From assembly GCA_027295705.1 (NCBI GenBank), contig JAPUKJ010000091.1:1-62565 (forward strand): DNA of 62,565 nt, in the 5' to 3' direction. Below, in pieces: positions 8,951-20,402 of this stretch. This stretch comes from Ignavibacteria bacterium. Lineage in GTDB: Bacteria > Bacteroidota > Ignavibacteria > UBA10030 > UBA6906. The notes below the pieces were generated by a model, which saw only the letters and a list, made by a program, of their open reading frames with translations, was not told where the DNA came from and searched no databases. Position 1 is the first letter of the stretch; each line of letters opens with the position of its first letter. The position numbers were made by a program, and so were the translations under genes.

Positions 8951-10213
8951 TTGGATAAATTCGTCATTCACGGGGGCAAGAAACTGAATGGTACTGTCAC
9001 CATCGGTGGTGCGAAGAACGCCACTCTAGCGCTCATGCCCGCTGCACTGCTTGCGAGTGGTACATTCCATCTTACGAACACCCCGAATCTTCGCGATGTT
9101 GCCACCATGTCGAATCTCCTGAAATCGATGGGGACAAAGGTTCACTTGAAGGACCATGTGCTTGCACTTGACACGACGAATATTAAGAAGCAAGAGGCTC
9201 CATATTCGCACGTCAAGAAGATGAGGGCATCGATTTACGTGCTTGGTCCGTTGGTGGCGAGGTATGGACGTGCAAAGGTCTCCCTGCCCGGTGGCTGTGC
9301 ATGGGGCCCGCGACCAGTTAACCTTCACATCGATGGTATGCGCAAACTTGGTGCGGAGATTGAGGTGAAAAGGGGATACATTCATGCTAAGGCCAACAGA
9401 CTGACAGGTGCTCATATTCATTTTGATATCTCGAGTGTCGGTGCAACAGGAAACGTGTTGATGGCTGCAGTGATGGCCAGAGGAACTACAGTTATAGAGA
9501 ATGCTGCAATTGAACCGGAGATCACTGGTCTGGCGAAGTTCCTTCAATCAATGGGAGGGAAGATTAGCGGGATAGGAACGAACCGCCTAGAAATCGAAGG
9601 CGTGGATGAATTGCATGCTATCGAAGTTGATACTATTCCGGATAGGATCGAAGCTGGGACGTTTCTCGTGGCAGCTGCAATGACGGGAGGAAAGATTAGG
9701 ATCGACAACGTTGAGCCCGACCATTTATCGGCGGTCACGGCAAAGCTTCAAGATGCGGGGTGCTCGATTTTCGTTGACCAGAAGAGCATTACACTAGAAG
9801 GACCGGATTCTATCAAGCCGGTTGATGTTACGGCTACCATTTATCCAGGCTTTCCAACCGACATGCAGGCACCGTGGATAGCGTTGATGTCCATCGCCAA
9901 CGGTTCCTCAGTAGTGACTGATAGCATCTACCCTGATCGATTCAAGCACGTGCCGGAACTCGTTCGGCTGGGAGCCAATATTGAGTTAAACAAGAATGCT
10001 GCGATTGTGCGTGGTGTGAAGCAGTTTACGGGAGCAACTGTGATGTCGACGGATCTGCGCGCATCTGCGTCACTAATTCTGGCTGGATTGGTCGCTGAAG
10101 GAACGACAGAAGTACTGCGCGTCTATCATCTCGATCGTGGTTACGAGGCGATTGAAAAGAAGTTACAGGCGCTTGGTGCAGATATAGAACGGATGGCCAG
10201 CGAGGAATTCTAG
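8951..10213 (+). CDS. murA: UDP-N-acetylglucosamine 1-carboxyvinyltransferase
   Basis: From in-frame TTG 8951 the product begins (M)DKFVIHGGKKLNGTVTIGGAKNATL, matching the canonical MurA N-terminus. Active-site PGGCAWGPRPVNLH. The 37 codons upstream in the track ORF (from 8840) look non-coding. Confidence 0.92.
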   Translation: MDKFVIHGGKKLNGTVTIGGAKNATLALMPAALLASGTFHLTNTPNLRDVATMSNLLKSMGTKVHLKDHVLALDTTNIKKQEAPYSHVKKMRASIYVLGPLVARYGRAKVSLPGGCAWGPRPVNLHIDGMRKLGAEIEVKRGYIHAKANRLTGAHIHFDISSVGATGNVLMAAVMARGTTVIENAAIEPEITGLAKFLQSMGGKISGIGTNRLEIEGVDELHAIEVDTIPDRIEAGTFLVAAAMTGGKIRIDNVEPDHLSAVTAKLQDAGCSIFVDQKSITLEGPDSIKPVDVTATIYPGFPTDMQAPWIALMSIANGSSVVTDSIYPDRFKHVPELVRLGANIELNKNAAIVRGVKQFTGATVMSTDLRASASLILAGLVAEGTTEVLRVYHLDRGYEAIEKKLQALGADIERMASEEF

Positions 10214-10220
10214 TCCTAGC

Positions 10221-12503
10221 ATGAGTGCGCTTGGCCCACGCCAGTTATTTATTTCAGCTCTGATATACCTGGTTATCTCTCTCGTTTGCACTCAAATTCC
10301 CCTTCTAAATTACCTTGGCTACGAGTTCTCACTGCTTGTTACATTTCTTGGATCCGTCATTTCCGGACTTCTCACCATACGCCTGATCAAGGTTGAATTA
10401 GCAAAGCCGCGTGCAACTTCAAGAGAGGTGACACATCAGTCAGTTGTTATGTTCGGACAGACCGTGCTGATCAACCTGACACTCTTGCTTATTCCGCTTG
10501 TGGTAATGCTGACTAATTCACTCTTTGTTAAGAACTGTTCGCTGGTAGAAGGATTCAGCTTTTTTATCTTGCTTCCCGTGGTAAGCGTCTGGTTTGCTTC
10601 GTCCTTGGGTTTTCTTTGCGTTGCTTGTTGTCGTTTTTCCAAAGCCATATTCTTTTTATTTTTGGGTGCAAGTTTGGTGTACTCGCTCGCGCTTGGGTAC
10701 TTCACTCCTGCCATCTATTCGTTCAATTTCTTCTATGGGTACTTTCCGGGATTCACGTATGACGAAGCTCTCGGCGTAAGTTGGACCCTACTGATCTTTC
10801 GACTGTTTACAGTACTTGTTGGTGTGCTACTTGTGTGGTTGGCAGTACTGATCGTGGGGAACACCGTGAGAGATGATCCTATGCTGGTTAAGGGAATGAC
10901 CTTGCTGAAATTGCTGACGCAACCGAAAAGAAGGCTTTTGAGCGCTGCCGTCATCGTCATTCTTGTGTTTGTATATCTGTACAGAGGTTCACTAGGGTTC
11001 GAATCGCCTAGTGGGTTCATCCAACAAGAGTTGGGAGGGAGGTTTGAAACAGACAACTTCACCATCTTCTATTCAAAAGACTCGTATTCTGACCAGGAGA
11101 TCCATTGGATCGGAGAAGAGCATGAATTCCGGTTGCATCAAATACTAAATGCACTAAACCTGCCGTTTCATGACAGGATCGAGTCGTACATCTACCCATC
11201 AGACGAAGCAAAGCTGCGATTGATAGGAACGAGCACAACGAACATTGCAAAGCCGTGGAGCAGCCAAATTCACATCACCGAGAGAACCCTTGATCGGGCG
11301 CTGAAGCACGAGCTTGTTCATGTGCTTGCTGCGCCGTTCGGCCTCCTGGTCATTAGGTCCGGCATAAGTCCAGGATTGGTCGAAGGTCTTGCAATGGCGA
11401 TTGAGTGGGATTGGGGGAATCGTACGTTACACCAGTATGCAGCTGGTATGCACAAGTTTGGAGTTACACCTGACATTCGGCATTTAATGAAGTTCGCGGG
11501 TTTTACTACACAATCGTCGTCTGTCAGCTACGTTCTTGCTGGTTCGTTTTGCAGATTCTTGATTAATAGGTACGGCATCCGGAAGATAATGCTGCTGTAC
11601 AGGTCGGGTGACTACGACAGGCTCTATGGTCAGTCATTGGAAATGTTGATTATGGAGTGGCAAAGGTTCCTCGACCAGATTCCGATTGATCAAAGAGATT
11701 CTGATGTGATTGACGCATTCTTCCGCCGCCCTCCCATTTTCCAGAAGGTCTGTGCGAGAGTCCTTGCCGAGAGAAACACTGAGGCAAGGAAAAGACTTGC
11801 TCAGAAGAATTACGCCTCTGCGGCGCAGCTTTATTGGGAGTCATACACCGACGGCAAAGCTTATTCAGCGTTGAGCGGGTATTTGGTGTGTGAATTACGC
11901 CAGCAGCGTTACTCTTCTCTGATTGCGGCGCTAGATACAATTATCATGAAGCAACAGCATCCAGGTGCCTTTCTGCCGCTTTTCTTGAATATTGGAGATG
12001 CATTCTGGGGCGAAAAGAAGTTCTCAGAAGCACTTGATCTATACTCGCGTGTCATGTACGCCGACCTCTCGGAGTCTCATACCGGGGCAGCCATCATTCG
12101 GACAATTGCCTTAAAGGACCCCACGATCCGGGACGCTCTTTTCGAGTATTTCGTCTCTGACGCTGATGACACTCTCCGCCTAGCGATGCTGGATTCGATC
12201 AGTCAGGCAAGTCCCCGGAATTGGATTCCAATCTATCTGAAAGGGAAGATGTTGTATCACCTTAAGCGATTTGATGAATCGTTCACACTATTGTCATCAG
12301 TGAGCCTTGCAGAGATGAACAAGCATTTGGAAGCGATTCGATTGAAGACTGTGGGTAAAGCTCTCTTCCGAATGCGGAGATTTCAAGAGGCGAAGGCGTC
12401 ATCCTGGCTTTCATTGAATTTTGTGACCACAGAAGTGGCAATGAATGAATTGAACGACTGGATTGAACGCTGCGAGTGGTTCGGGCGACCTACACTACCC
12501 TGA
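10221..12503 (+). CDS. Polytopic membrane protein fused to a Peptidase_MA-like (HExxH) domain and a helical-repeat C-terminus
   Basis: About 9 hydrophobic helices in the first ~260 aa. Then LKHELVHVLAAPFG...LVEGLAMAIEWDWG (HExxH plus downstream EGxA, as in Peptidase_MA_2). C-terminal ~250 aa TPR-like helical repeats. Confidence 0.6.
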   Translation: MSALGPRQLFISALIYLVISLVCTQIPLLNYLGYEFSLLVTFLGSVISGLLTIRLIKVELAKPRATSREVTHQSVVMFGQTVLINLTLLLIPLVVMLTNSLFVKNCSLVEGFSFFILLPVVSVWFASSLGFLCVACCRFSKAIFFLFLGASLVYSLALGYFTPAIYSFNFFYGYFPGFTYDEALGVSWTLLIFRLFTVLVGVLLVWLAVLIVGNTVRDDPMLVKGMTLLKLLTQPKRRLLSAAVIVILVFVYLYRGSLGFESPSGFIQQELGGRFETDNFTIFYSKDSYSDQEIHWIGEEHEFRLHQILNALNLPFHDRIESYIYPSDEAKLRLIGTSTTNIAKPWSSQIHITERTLDRALKHELVHVLAAPFGLLVIRSGISPGLVEGLAMAIEWDWGNRTLHQYAAGMHKFGVTPDIRHLMKFAGFTTQSSSVSYVLAGSFCRFLINRYGIRKIMLLYRSGDYDRLYGQSLEMLIMEWQRFLDQIPIDQRDSDVIDAFFRRPPIFQKVCARVLAERNTEARKRLAQKNYASAAQLYWESYTDGKAYSALSGYLVCELRQQRYSSLIAALDTIIMKQQHPGAFLPLFLNIGDAFWGEKKFSEALDLYSRVMYADLSESHTGAAIIRTIALKDPTIRDALFEYFVSDADDTLRLAMLDSISQASPRNWIPIYLKGKMLYHLKRFDESFTLLSSVSLAEMNKHLEAIRLKTVGKALFRMRRFQEAKASSWLSLNFVTTEVAMNELNDWIERCEWFGRPTLP

Positions 12504-12551
12504 CTCTACTGGTATGGATCGCTACAATTTTCCTTAATCAAAATTACCTCT

Positions 12552-13631
12552 GTGTGTGCTCAGCACCAACATAATTACCAGCGGATACTGATCAGCCGGA
12601 TGAGATTCATCGGCGACGTGGTGTTGACAACTCCGATTATCCGCTCTGTGCGAAATGCGTGCCCCAACGCATACATCGCATATCTGGGAGATAAGGAAGC
12701 AGTGTCGCTGCTCGAGCACAATCCCCTTCTTGACGAAGTCATTCATTATGACTTCTCTCGTCCGACATTTCTAGAGCATCCTCGTATCGTTTTTCGCATG
12801 CGCCGCCGGAGGTTTGACCTGGCGATTGATTTGTTTGGCAACCCGCGTACGGCACTGCTGACATACCTTAGCGGTGCCAAGACAAGAGTTGGCCCTGAAA
12901 GGAAAGGGAGAGGAAAGCTATATACCCTACAAGTCAGAGACGACGGCAATCCGAAAACGGCGATTCAGTTTCACAACCAGTTCATAAAGGCTGTTGGTAT
13001 CGAGCCCTCGTCGAACAAGACCGAGATCTTTCTGACAGCAGATGAAAGGAGGGAGGCAAGGATCTACTTGAAATGGCTGGACTTTGAAAGCAACCCGCTA
13101 GACATGACAAAGCCGATCATCTGTATGCATCCTGGAGCGACGTGGCCTGCTAAGAAATGGCTCTCCGAACGCTTTGCCGAGCTTGCAGATTTGATAATAG
13201 CAAAACTTGGGGCGCAGATCATCATGACCGCTGGACCCAACGAAGGTGAAACTGTACGTATGGTTTTGAAGCATTCGTTTTCAAATATCAAGGTGTTGAT
13301 GGGCCTTCCTCTTCGCCAACTTGCAGCGATTATCTCGCTCTGTTCGATCTGTATTTCCAATGACGCTGCGCCGATGCATATTGCGGCTGGTGTAGGAACA
13401 CCAACTATCGGGCTTTTCGGTCCTGGCGAGGAGAACATCTGGTTTCCGTACTCTCAGCAAGATGGTCATGTGGCTCTTCGCAAAGATGTGTTCTGCCATC
13501 CCTGTCATCTCGATTTCTGCAATCGACAAGATGAGGGATACATGGAATGTATGAAGTTGCTAAGTGTTCCTGAAGTGTTTGCTGTTGTGGAACGTTCCTT
13601 ACGACTGAAACGCGAGCAACCTGCGCGTTGA
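12552..13631 (+). CDS. Glycosyltransferase family 9 (heptosyltransferase-like)
   Basis: RILISRMRFIGDVVLTTPIIRSV; FDLAIDLFGNPRTA; ICMHPGATWPAKKW; ISNDAAPMHIAAGVGTPTIGLFGP are GT9 signatures. GTG start. Confidence 0.82.
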   Translation: MCAQHQHNYQRILISRMRFIGDVVLTTPIIRSVRNACPNAYIAYLGDKEAVSLLEHNPLLDEVIHYDFSRPTFLEHPRIVFRMRRRRFDLAIDLFGNPRTALLTYLSGAKTRVGPERKGRGKLYTLQVRDDGNPKTAIQFHNQFIKAVGIEPSSNKTEIFLTADERREARIYLKWLDFESNPLDMTKPIICMHPGATWPAKKWLSERFAELADLIIAKLGAQIIMTAGPNEGETVRMVLKHSFSNIKVLMGLPLRQLAAIISLCSICISNDAAPMHIAAGVGTPTIGLFGPGEENIWFPYSQQDGHVALRKDVFCHPCHLDFCNRQDEGYMECMKLLSVPEVFAVVERSLRLKREQPAR

Positions 13632-13670
13632 TTTTGTCTTCCTTTTTGTCTTACTTTGAGCACTCTTTGA

Positions 13671-15020
<1,350 letters not shown>

Positions 15021-15053
15021 CAGTTCCACTTCATTGAGGGAATAAACAATCTT

Positions 15054-16457
15054 TTGGTTGAAAGCATAACATTCGGAACAGACGGCTGGCGGGGGGTAAT
15101 AGGGGATGACTACACGTTTGCCAATATTGAGAAGGTTGCGCTTGCGACAGCGAGATATTTCAAGAACCATAAGAAAATTAAGAACGGGATTGTTGTTGGC
15201 TATGATGCCCGGTTCATGTCGAGAGAGTTTGCCGACAAAACAGCTGAAGTGATGGCAAATGCTGGCATCAGGGTTAAGCTGGCAAACAGCATTGTGACCA
15301 CGCCGATGGTGTCACTTCTGACGAAGATGGAAAATGCCGCTGGCGGTATTGTCATTACAGCGAGCCACAATCCACCCAAGTATAACGGGTTCAAGATCAA
15401 GGGTGATTTCGGTGGACCTGCCCACCCCGAAATGATTGCAAAAGTTGAAAAGGAGCTGGCGAGGGTAATGAAATTGAGAAAGATCCCGGTAGGCAAGTAC
15501 ACCTTCATTCAGCTTGTTGACAAAGGAAAGATCAACTACATCAGTATGAAGCAGCGTTACCTGGACGACCTTGCTAGAAAAATTGATTTCGAACTCATCA
15601 GGCGATCTGGGTTGAAAATATTGTACGACGTGATGTACGGCTCTGGCCAGGGCGTACTGGACACGGTTCTGCCCGAAGTGAAACACATTCATGAAATTTA
15701 TAATCCGTCGTTTGGTGGAACAAACCCCGAGCCGCTCGCTCAAAATCTGACTCAACTCATTCATTGGGTTAGAGTCGAAGATTACAACATTGGTATAGCC
15801 ACGGATGGTGATGCCGACCGCATCGGTGCGGTAGATGAAGAAGGCAACTTTGTTGACTCGCATCGGATCTTCTCACTGCTTCTTAAGTACTTTGTGGAGC
15901 AGAAGGGGTTGAGTGGTGAGGTCGTGAAAACATTCTCAGTTACGCGGATGGTGGACGACCAGTGCGCTAAATACGGACTGACAATGCACGAAACTGCCAT
16001 TGGGTTCAAACACATCTGCAGGTTGATGACAGAACGTGATGTCCTTATCGGTGGGGAGGAAAGTGGTGGGATAGGTGTGAAAGGACACATTCCAGAACGT
16101 GACGGTATCTACCTCGGTTTGATGCTGTGTGAAATGATGGCAGTGCGAGGAAAACCTTTGAGCGCACTTGTGAAAGAGTTGATGGATGAGTTTGGCCAGC
16201 ACGAGTTCAAGCGCGTCGATATGCATGTTACGGAGAGAGAAAAACAGGCCATCATGAAGAAGTATCAGAGGGGGATTAAACAGCTCGCTGGCTATCGCGT
16301 CACCGGGAGGAAGGACACTGATGGATTCAAGTTTTTTGTCGATAACGGTTGGATCTTGGTGCGTGCCTCTGGTACTGAATCACTTGTCAGATTCTACGTT
16401 GAGGCTGAAAGCACAGCCAAGGTCGACGCATTGCTGAGTGCGGCGACTCAGCGATAA
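15054..16457 (+). CDS. Phosphoglucomutase/phosphomannomutase family protein
   Basis: FGTDGWRG, catalytic loop TASHNPPKYNGFK, Mg loop GIATDGDADR, GGEESGG. TTG start. Confidence 0.88.
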   Translation: MVESITFGTDGWRGVIGDDYTFANIEKVALATARYFKNHKKIKNGIVVGYDARFMSREFADKTAEVMANAGIRVKLANSIVTTPMVSLLTKMENAAGGIVITASHNPPKYNGFKIKGDFGGPAHPEMIAKVEKELARVMKLRKIPVGKYTFIQLVDKGKINYISMKQRYLDDLARKIDFELIRRSGLKILYDVMYGSGQGVLDTVLPEVKHIHEIYNPSFGGTNPEPLAQNLTQLIHWVRVEDYNIGIATDGDADRIGAVDEEGNFVDSHRIFSLLLKYFVEQKGLSGEVVKTFSVTRMVDDQCAKYGLTMHETAIGFKHICRLMTERDVLIGGEESGGIGVKGHIPERDGIYLGLMLCEMMAVRGKPLSALVKELMDEFGQHEFKRVDMHVTEREKQAIMKKYQRGIKQLAGYRVTGRKDTDGFKFFVDNGWILVRASGTESLVRFYVEAESTAKVDALLSAATQR

Positions 16458-16567
16458 TTTCTCTCTCAACCTCTTTATTGCCAAGTCGCCTAAGTGTTTT
16501 TCCCTTCAATCTATTTCCAAGACAATCCCTCTCTTAGGCTCTCAGTGAGTAATTAGGATTTCGGAAA

Positions 16568-18004
16568 GTGTCAATGAAACGCGGCGACGAATTAACGGTG
16601 CATGTAGAAGGGTTTGCATTTGAGGGTAAGAGCGTTGCCCGAATAGACGGCATGGTGATATTTGTCAAGGGTGCTGTTCCCGGTGATACCGCAAGGGTTC
16701 GCATTACAAAAGTAAGAAAGCAGTTTCTCGAAGCTGAGACTCTGGCTATTGATTATGCTTCTCCGCTGCGCGTCGAGCCGCGCTGTCATCACTTCGGTGT
16801 GTGTGGTGGCTGCAAGTGGCAGCACGTGAATTACCAGGAACAACTCAAATTCAAGCGTCAGCACGTGATAGATGCACTAGAACGAATAGGTGGTTTCAGA
16901 GGTATCAAGGTTAACGAAACCATTGGCGCCGATGACATATATTTCTATCGGAACAAAATGGAATTTTCTTTTGGCGATAGATGGCTTACACAAGAAGAAC
17001 TGGAGAGAAGGTCGTCGCAGATGGAACCTGATGAACTAGGACGGTTTGCACTCGGCTTGCATATCCTCGGTCGTTTTTACAAGGTTCTGGACATTGATGT
17101 GTGTTGGCTGCAATCTGAAATCAGTTCTAGGATAGTGAATGCTGTGCGCTCGTTCAGTCTTGCCCGCCGCTTATCAACGTATTCAACGTTCACTCATCAC
17201 GGGTATTTACGTAACCTTGTTATTCGCGAGGGAAAACGCACCGGAGAGCTAATGGTGAATCTCGTAACTTTAGATGATCGACCCGACATACTAGAGGCAC
17301 TGCGTGATGACTTGCTCAAGGAGTTTCCGGACATAACCACCATTGTTAACAATATTACGGATCGAAAATCGCAAGTTGCCATCGGCGAAGTGGAGAAGGT
17401 ATACTACGGCCCTGGCTATATAACAGAGCAGCTCGGCAACAAAACGTACCAGATATCAGCCAATACGTTTTTCCAGACTAACACTGCACAGGCAGAGCGG
17501 TTATTCGACATCGCGAGACGCATCGCGCATCTGAATCGAAATGATGTAGTGTTTGATCTCTATTCAGGTGCTGGAACAATCGCTCTCTTTGTGGCTGATG
17601 ACGTGGCTGAGGTTGTTGGAATCGAAGCTGTTGAAGCGGCAATCAAGGATGCAAGGAGAAATGCGGTGATCAACAATGTTGGCAATTGCACTTTCGTCCA
17701 TGGAGAGTTGAGAAGTAGGCTCACAAAGGAGGTGGAGTGGTTGGAGCATCATCCCAGACCACATGTAATATTCATTGACCCACCACGTAGTGGCATGCTC
17801 GAGAAAGTCGTCAGGCAGATCCTTGCATTACGACCAGAGCGTATTGTGTATATTAGTTGCAACCCTATCACCCAAGCCCGCGATCTTGAACTGTTGTGTA
17901 ACAACTCGGTTTACAGTATCTGCGAAGTTCAGCCCATTGACATGTTTCCTCACACGTACCACATCGAAAATGTGGTAGGACTCTCTCTTACTACTAGATC
18001 CTAG
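16568..18004 (+). CDS. rlmD: 23S rRNA (uracil-5-)-methyltransferase RlmD/RumA family
   Basis: N-terminal TRAM domain; Fe-S cysteines CHHFGVCGGCKWQH; FFQTN; SAM motif DLYSGAGTIAL; catalytic ISCNP. Confidence 0.85.
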   Translation: MSMKRGDELTVHVEGFAFEGKSVARIDGMVIFVKGAVPGDTARVRITKVRKQFLEAETLAIDYASPLRVEPRCHHFGVCGGCKWQHVNYQEQLKFKRQHVIDALERIGGFRGIKVNETIGADDIYFYRNKMEFSFGDRWLTQEELERRSSQMEPDELGRFALGLHILGRFYKVLDIDVCWLQSEISSRIVNAVRSFSLARRLSTYSTFTHHGYLRNLVIREGKRTGELMVNLVTLDDRPDILEALRDDLLKEFPDITTIVNNITDRKSQVAIGEVEKVYYGPGYITEQLGNKTYQISANTFFQTNTAQAERLFDIARRIAHLNRNDVVFDLYSGAGTIALFVADDVAEVVGIEAVEAAIKDARRNAVINNVGNCTFVHGELRSRLTKEVEWLEHHPRPHVIFIDPPRSGMLEKVVRQILALRPERIVYISCNPITQARDLELLCNNSVYSICEVQPIDMFPHTYHIENVVGLSLTTRS

Positions 18005-18132
18005 TCATGCTATCCATGTGCTAGTAATCGCGGGCCGCGCAACAATCTTGAGAATCTTAATTGAATATTTGTGAGGCAAGGGCTATCTTTAACCTGCACC
18101 TAATAAAGCTTCTCACTTGCCCATTTGTTGCC

Positions 18133-19239
18133 ATGTACCACGGTGCGGCCACGATTTTTGTTTTGGCATTTCTCGTTGATCTGATTGCCTACGCAGGAAC
18201 CCCCTCGAAGATCATCACCGCTGTTAGGACAGAGCATCCTCCTGTCCTTGATGGCCTGATAACCGAAGCACAATGGCAGACTGCTCCAGCCGCTCTTGAT
18301 TTTACACAGTTTGATCCAATTGAAGGTGGTCTGCCAACAGAGATGACGTCGGTTCGGATGTTATATGATGACCATGCGCTGTACATCGGGGTCATCTGCT
18401 ATGACTCTAACCCCGCCGAAGGGATTGTCCATCAGCTGATACGCCGTGACAGAACCTCTGAAGCAGACAGATTTACGGTTCAGATTGATTCGTATCATGA
18501 TCTTCAAACTGCGTTCGTGTTTTCGGCAAACGTCTCGGGGGTACAGAGCGACGGCGTTTTGTCTCAAGATGGGATAGTCTACGACCTCACATGGGATGCA
18601 GTCTGGAGAGTGAAAACGGGGGTTTATCTCGACGGTTGGTCGGCAGAATTTGCCATTCCTTATAGTGCCTTGCGTTTTTCAGCGCTGGAAGACGAAGAAT
18701 ATGTGTGGGGGATCAATTTTCGATGCTACATTAGTCGTAAGGGAGAGATAGATGAATGGGTCATGGTCCCCCGAAGTGAGAGAGCACAAATCTCTAAGTG
18801 GGGACTGGTGAATGGCATTCGTGAGATCAAACCGCCGTTGCAGTCGAGCCTTTTTGGTGACCGGGACGTGGATGAGTTTGATGTGGCACTACGTGGTATT
18901 GTGACATTTACTCGTGTTCTGTCACTTCAGTTCTATTCACAGGTGCTACTTGCCAGAGGGAAGTACGATAATTACAGTCGCCTCGTCGGCAGCACACAAC
19001 TCTTGCCCACGACTGGTCCGACTTCAAATTATAACTTCAATTTCATTAGGTTCAACGCAAATGTGCTATTGCGTTGGGAGTTTCTCCCAGGTAGCACTGT
19101 GTATCTTGTATGGACGCAGGCACGCTTCGAGAACACTGGTGACTACTCCCTGGGTTTCGGACGACGATTCAGAGACACGTTCTCACTTCCTCATGAGGAT
19201 GTGCTTCTGCTGAAGGCGAGCTACTGGTTGTCGCTGTAA
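18133..19239 (+). CDS. CBM9-like / DUF5916-family protein, unusually short (possible internal deletion)
   Basis: N-terminal ~240 aa follow the CBM9/DUF5916 pattern (PPVLDGLITEAQW, DFTQFDPIEG, MLYDDHALYIGVICYD, FTVQIDSYHD, GWSAEFAIPYSALRF, WGINFRCYISRKGE). C-terminal end (LLRWEFLPGSTVYLVWTQ...LLLKASYWLSL) matches the family C-terminus. The middle barrel body is missing. Confidence 0.55.
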   Translation: MYHGAATIFVLAFLVDLIAYAGTPSKIITAVRTEHPPVLDGLITEAQWQTAPAALDFTQFDPIEGGLPTEMTSVRMLYDDHALYIGVICYDSNPAEGIVHQLIRRDRTSEADRFTVQIDSYHDLQTAFVFSANVSGVQSDGVLSQDGIVYDLTWDAVWRVKTGVYLDGWSAEFAIPYSALRFSALEDEEYVWGINFRCYISRKGEIDEWVMVPRSERAQISKWGLVNGIREIKPPLQSSLFGDRDVDEFDVALRGIVTFTRVLSLQFYSQVLLARGKYDNYSRLVGSTQLLPTTGPTSNYNFNFIRFNANVLLRWEFLPGSTVYLVWTQARFENTGDYSLGFGRRFRDTFSLPHEDVLLLKASYWLSL

Positions 19240-19242
19240 GGC

Positions 19243-20151
19243 TTACGTCAAGCTCTTCTCGAAAAATTCTAGGATGCGTCGTTCGTATTCTCGCCCTCCT
19301 TTTGTCGCCATATCATCATGCTTTGCACCTGGAATGAGCCAGAGTTCCTTGGGTCCTGCCGCGTTGTCGTAGAGCATTTCAGAGTATGTATACTTGATAA
19401 GGCTATCCGCGGTCCCATGCAGGATAAACAGAGGGACGTGTACGTCTTTTACAGCGTCTAAAGGTGAAACAGCGCTGGCTTTAAAATGCGCCAAGTGTTC
19501 AGATCGTTTGATGACAATGTTGCGAAGGTAGTGCCAGGGAAGCTTGATCATTCGTTTTTGGTAATCATCAAATATGGTTCTTAGTGTCGCGAAACCGCTT
19601 TCAGCAACCACTGCCACAACGCGATTATCCATCGCGGCCACCTGAATCGCAATAGCCGCTCCCATGGATACTCCTAGCAACCCAATCTTTCCCACGTGTA
19701 CATCACTGCGTTTCATGAGGTAGTTGATAACAGTCGTCGTATCGTGTTTCTCGTAAAATCCATAGGTGCAGTATGAGCCGCCACTATTGCCATGCCGTCG
19801 CGAATCGTAAAGAAACACGTTGTACCCCCTCTCATGGAACTTCTTTGCTAAGGGAAGGCCAACAATCTTGGACTCACTGACGCCATGTAAGTAAAGTATT
19901 GTCCCCTTGGCTTTTCGTAAGGCCTTTATGAGCCAGCAACTGAGGTCGATGCCTTCCGCAGTCTTGAGGTTAAGCTCCTCGTACGGTAGACCAAGATCGG
20001 AAGGATGTAGTATCGACGTGTACTTGCGATAGTAGTCGATGGTACGACGCTGGGGTTGGAGAAGCAAGATTGGCCCGATCACAAACAAGATCATCGAGAC
20101 AACCAACATGAAGAGAACAACAAAGAGAATCAGCGCAAGCAGGATACTCAT
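19243..20151 (-). CDS. Alpha/beta hydrolase with N-terminal membrane anchor
   Basis: TM helix at the N-terminus; LYLHGVSE; nucleophile elbow GVSMGA; LHGTADSLI; GAKHDD. Confidence 0.8.
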   Translation of the reverse strand: MSILLALILFVVLFMLVVSMILFVIGPILLLQPQRRTIDYYRKYTSILHPSDLGLPYEELNLKTAEGIDLSCWLIKALRKAKGTILYLHGVSESKIVGLPLAKKFHERGYNVFLYDSRRHGNSGGSYCTYGFYEKHDTTTVINYLMKRSDVHVGKIGLLGVSMGAAIAIQVAAMDNRVVAVVAESGFATLRTIFDDYQKRMIKLPWHYLRNIVIKRSEHLAHFKASAVSPLDAVKDVHVPLFILHGTADSLIKYTYSEMLYDNAAGPKELWLIPGAKHDDMATKGGREYERRILEFFEKSLT

Positions 20152-20402
20152 GCTTTGACAAACCCTGGCAGGACATCGAGAAGATCTATGAACAGGCGCG
20201 AACGAGAAGACAAATACTTTTGTGCTAGTTCAGTAGCAATGAGAAGAATCTGGGGCCGATTCACAAATTGATGTAGGGTCATAGATGCCAATCGTGGATT
20301 GCCGTTGCAAAATATAATCATGATGTTGAAGGGAAGCAACAAGGTCTTTGCGTCTACTGCTAGTTCTTAGTACATTTTGTGCCGTTTGAAATAAGCATCA
20401 CT

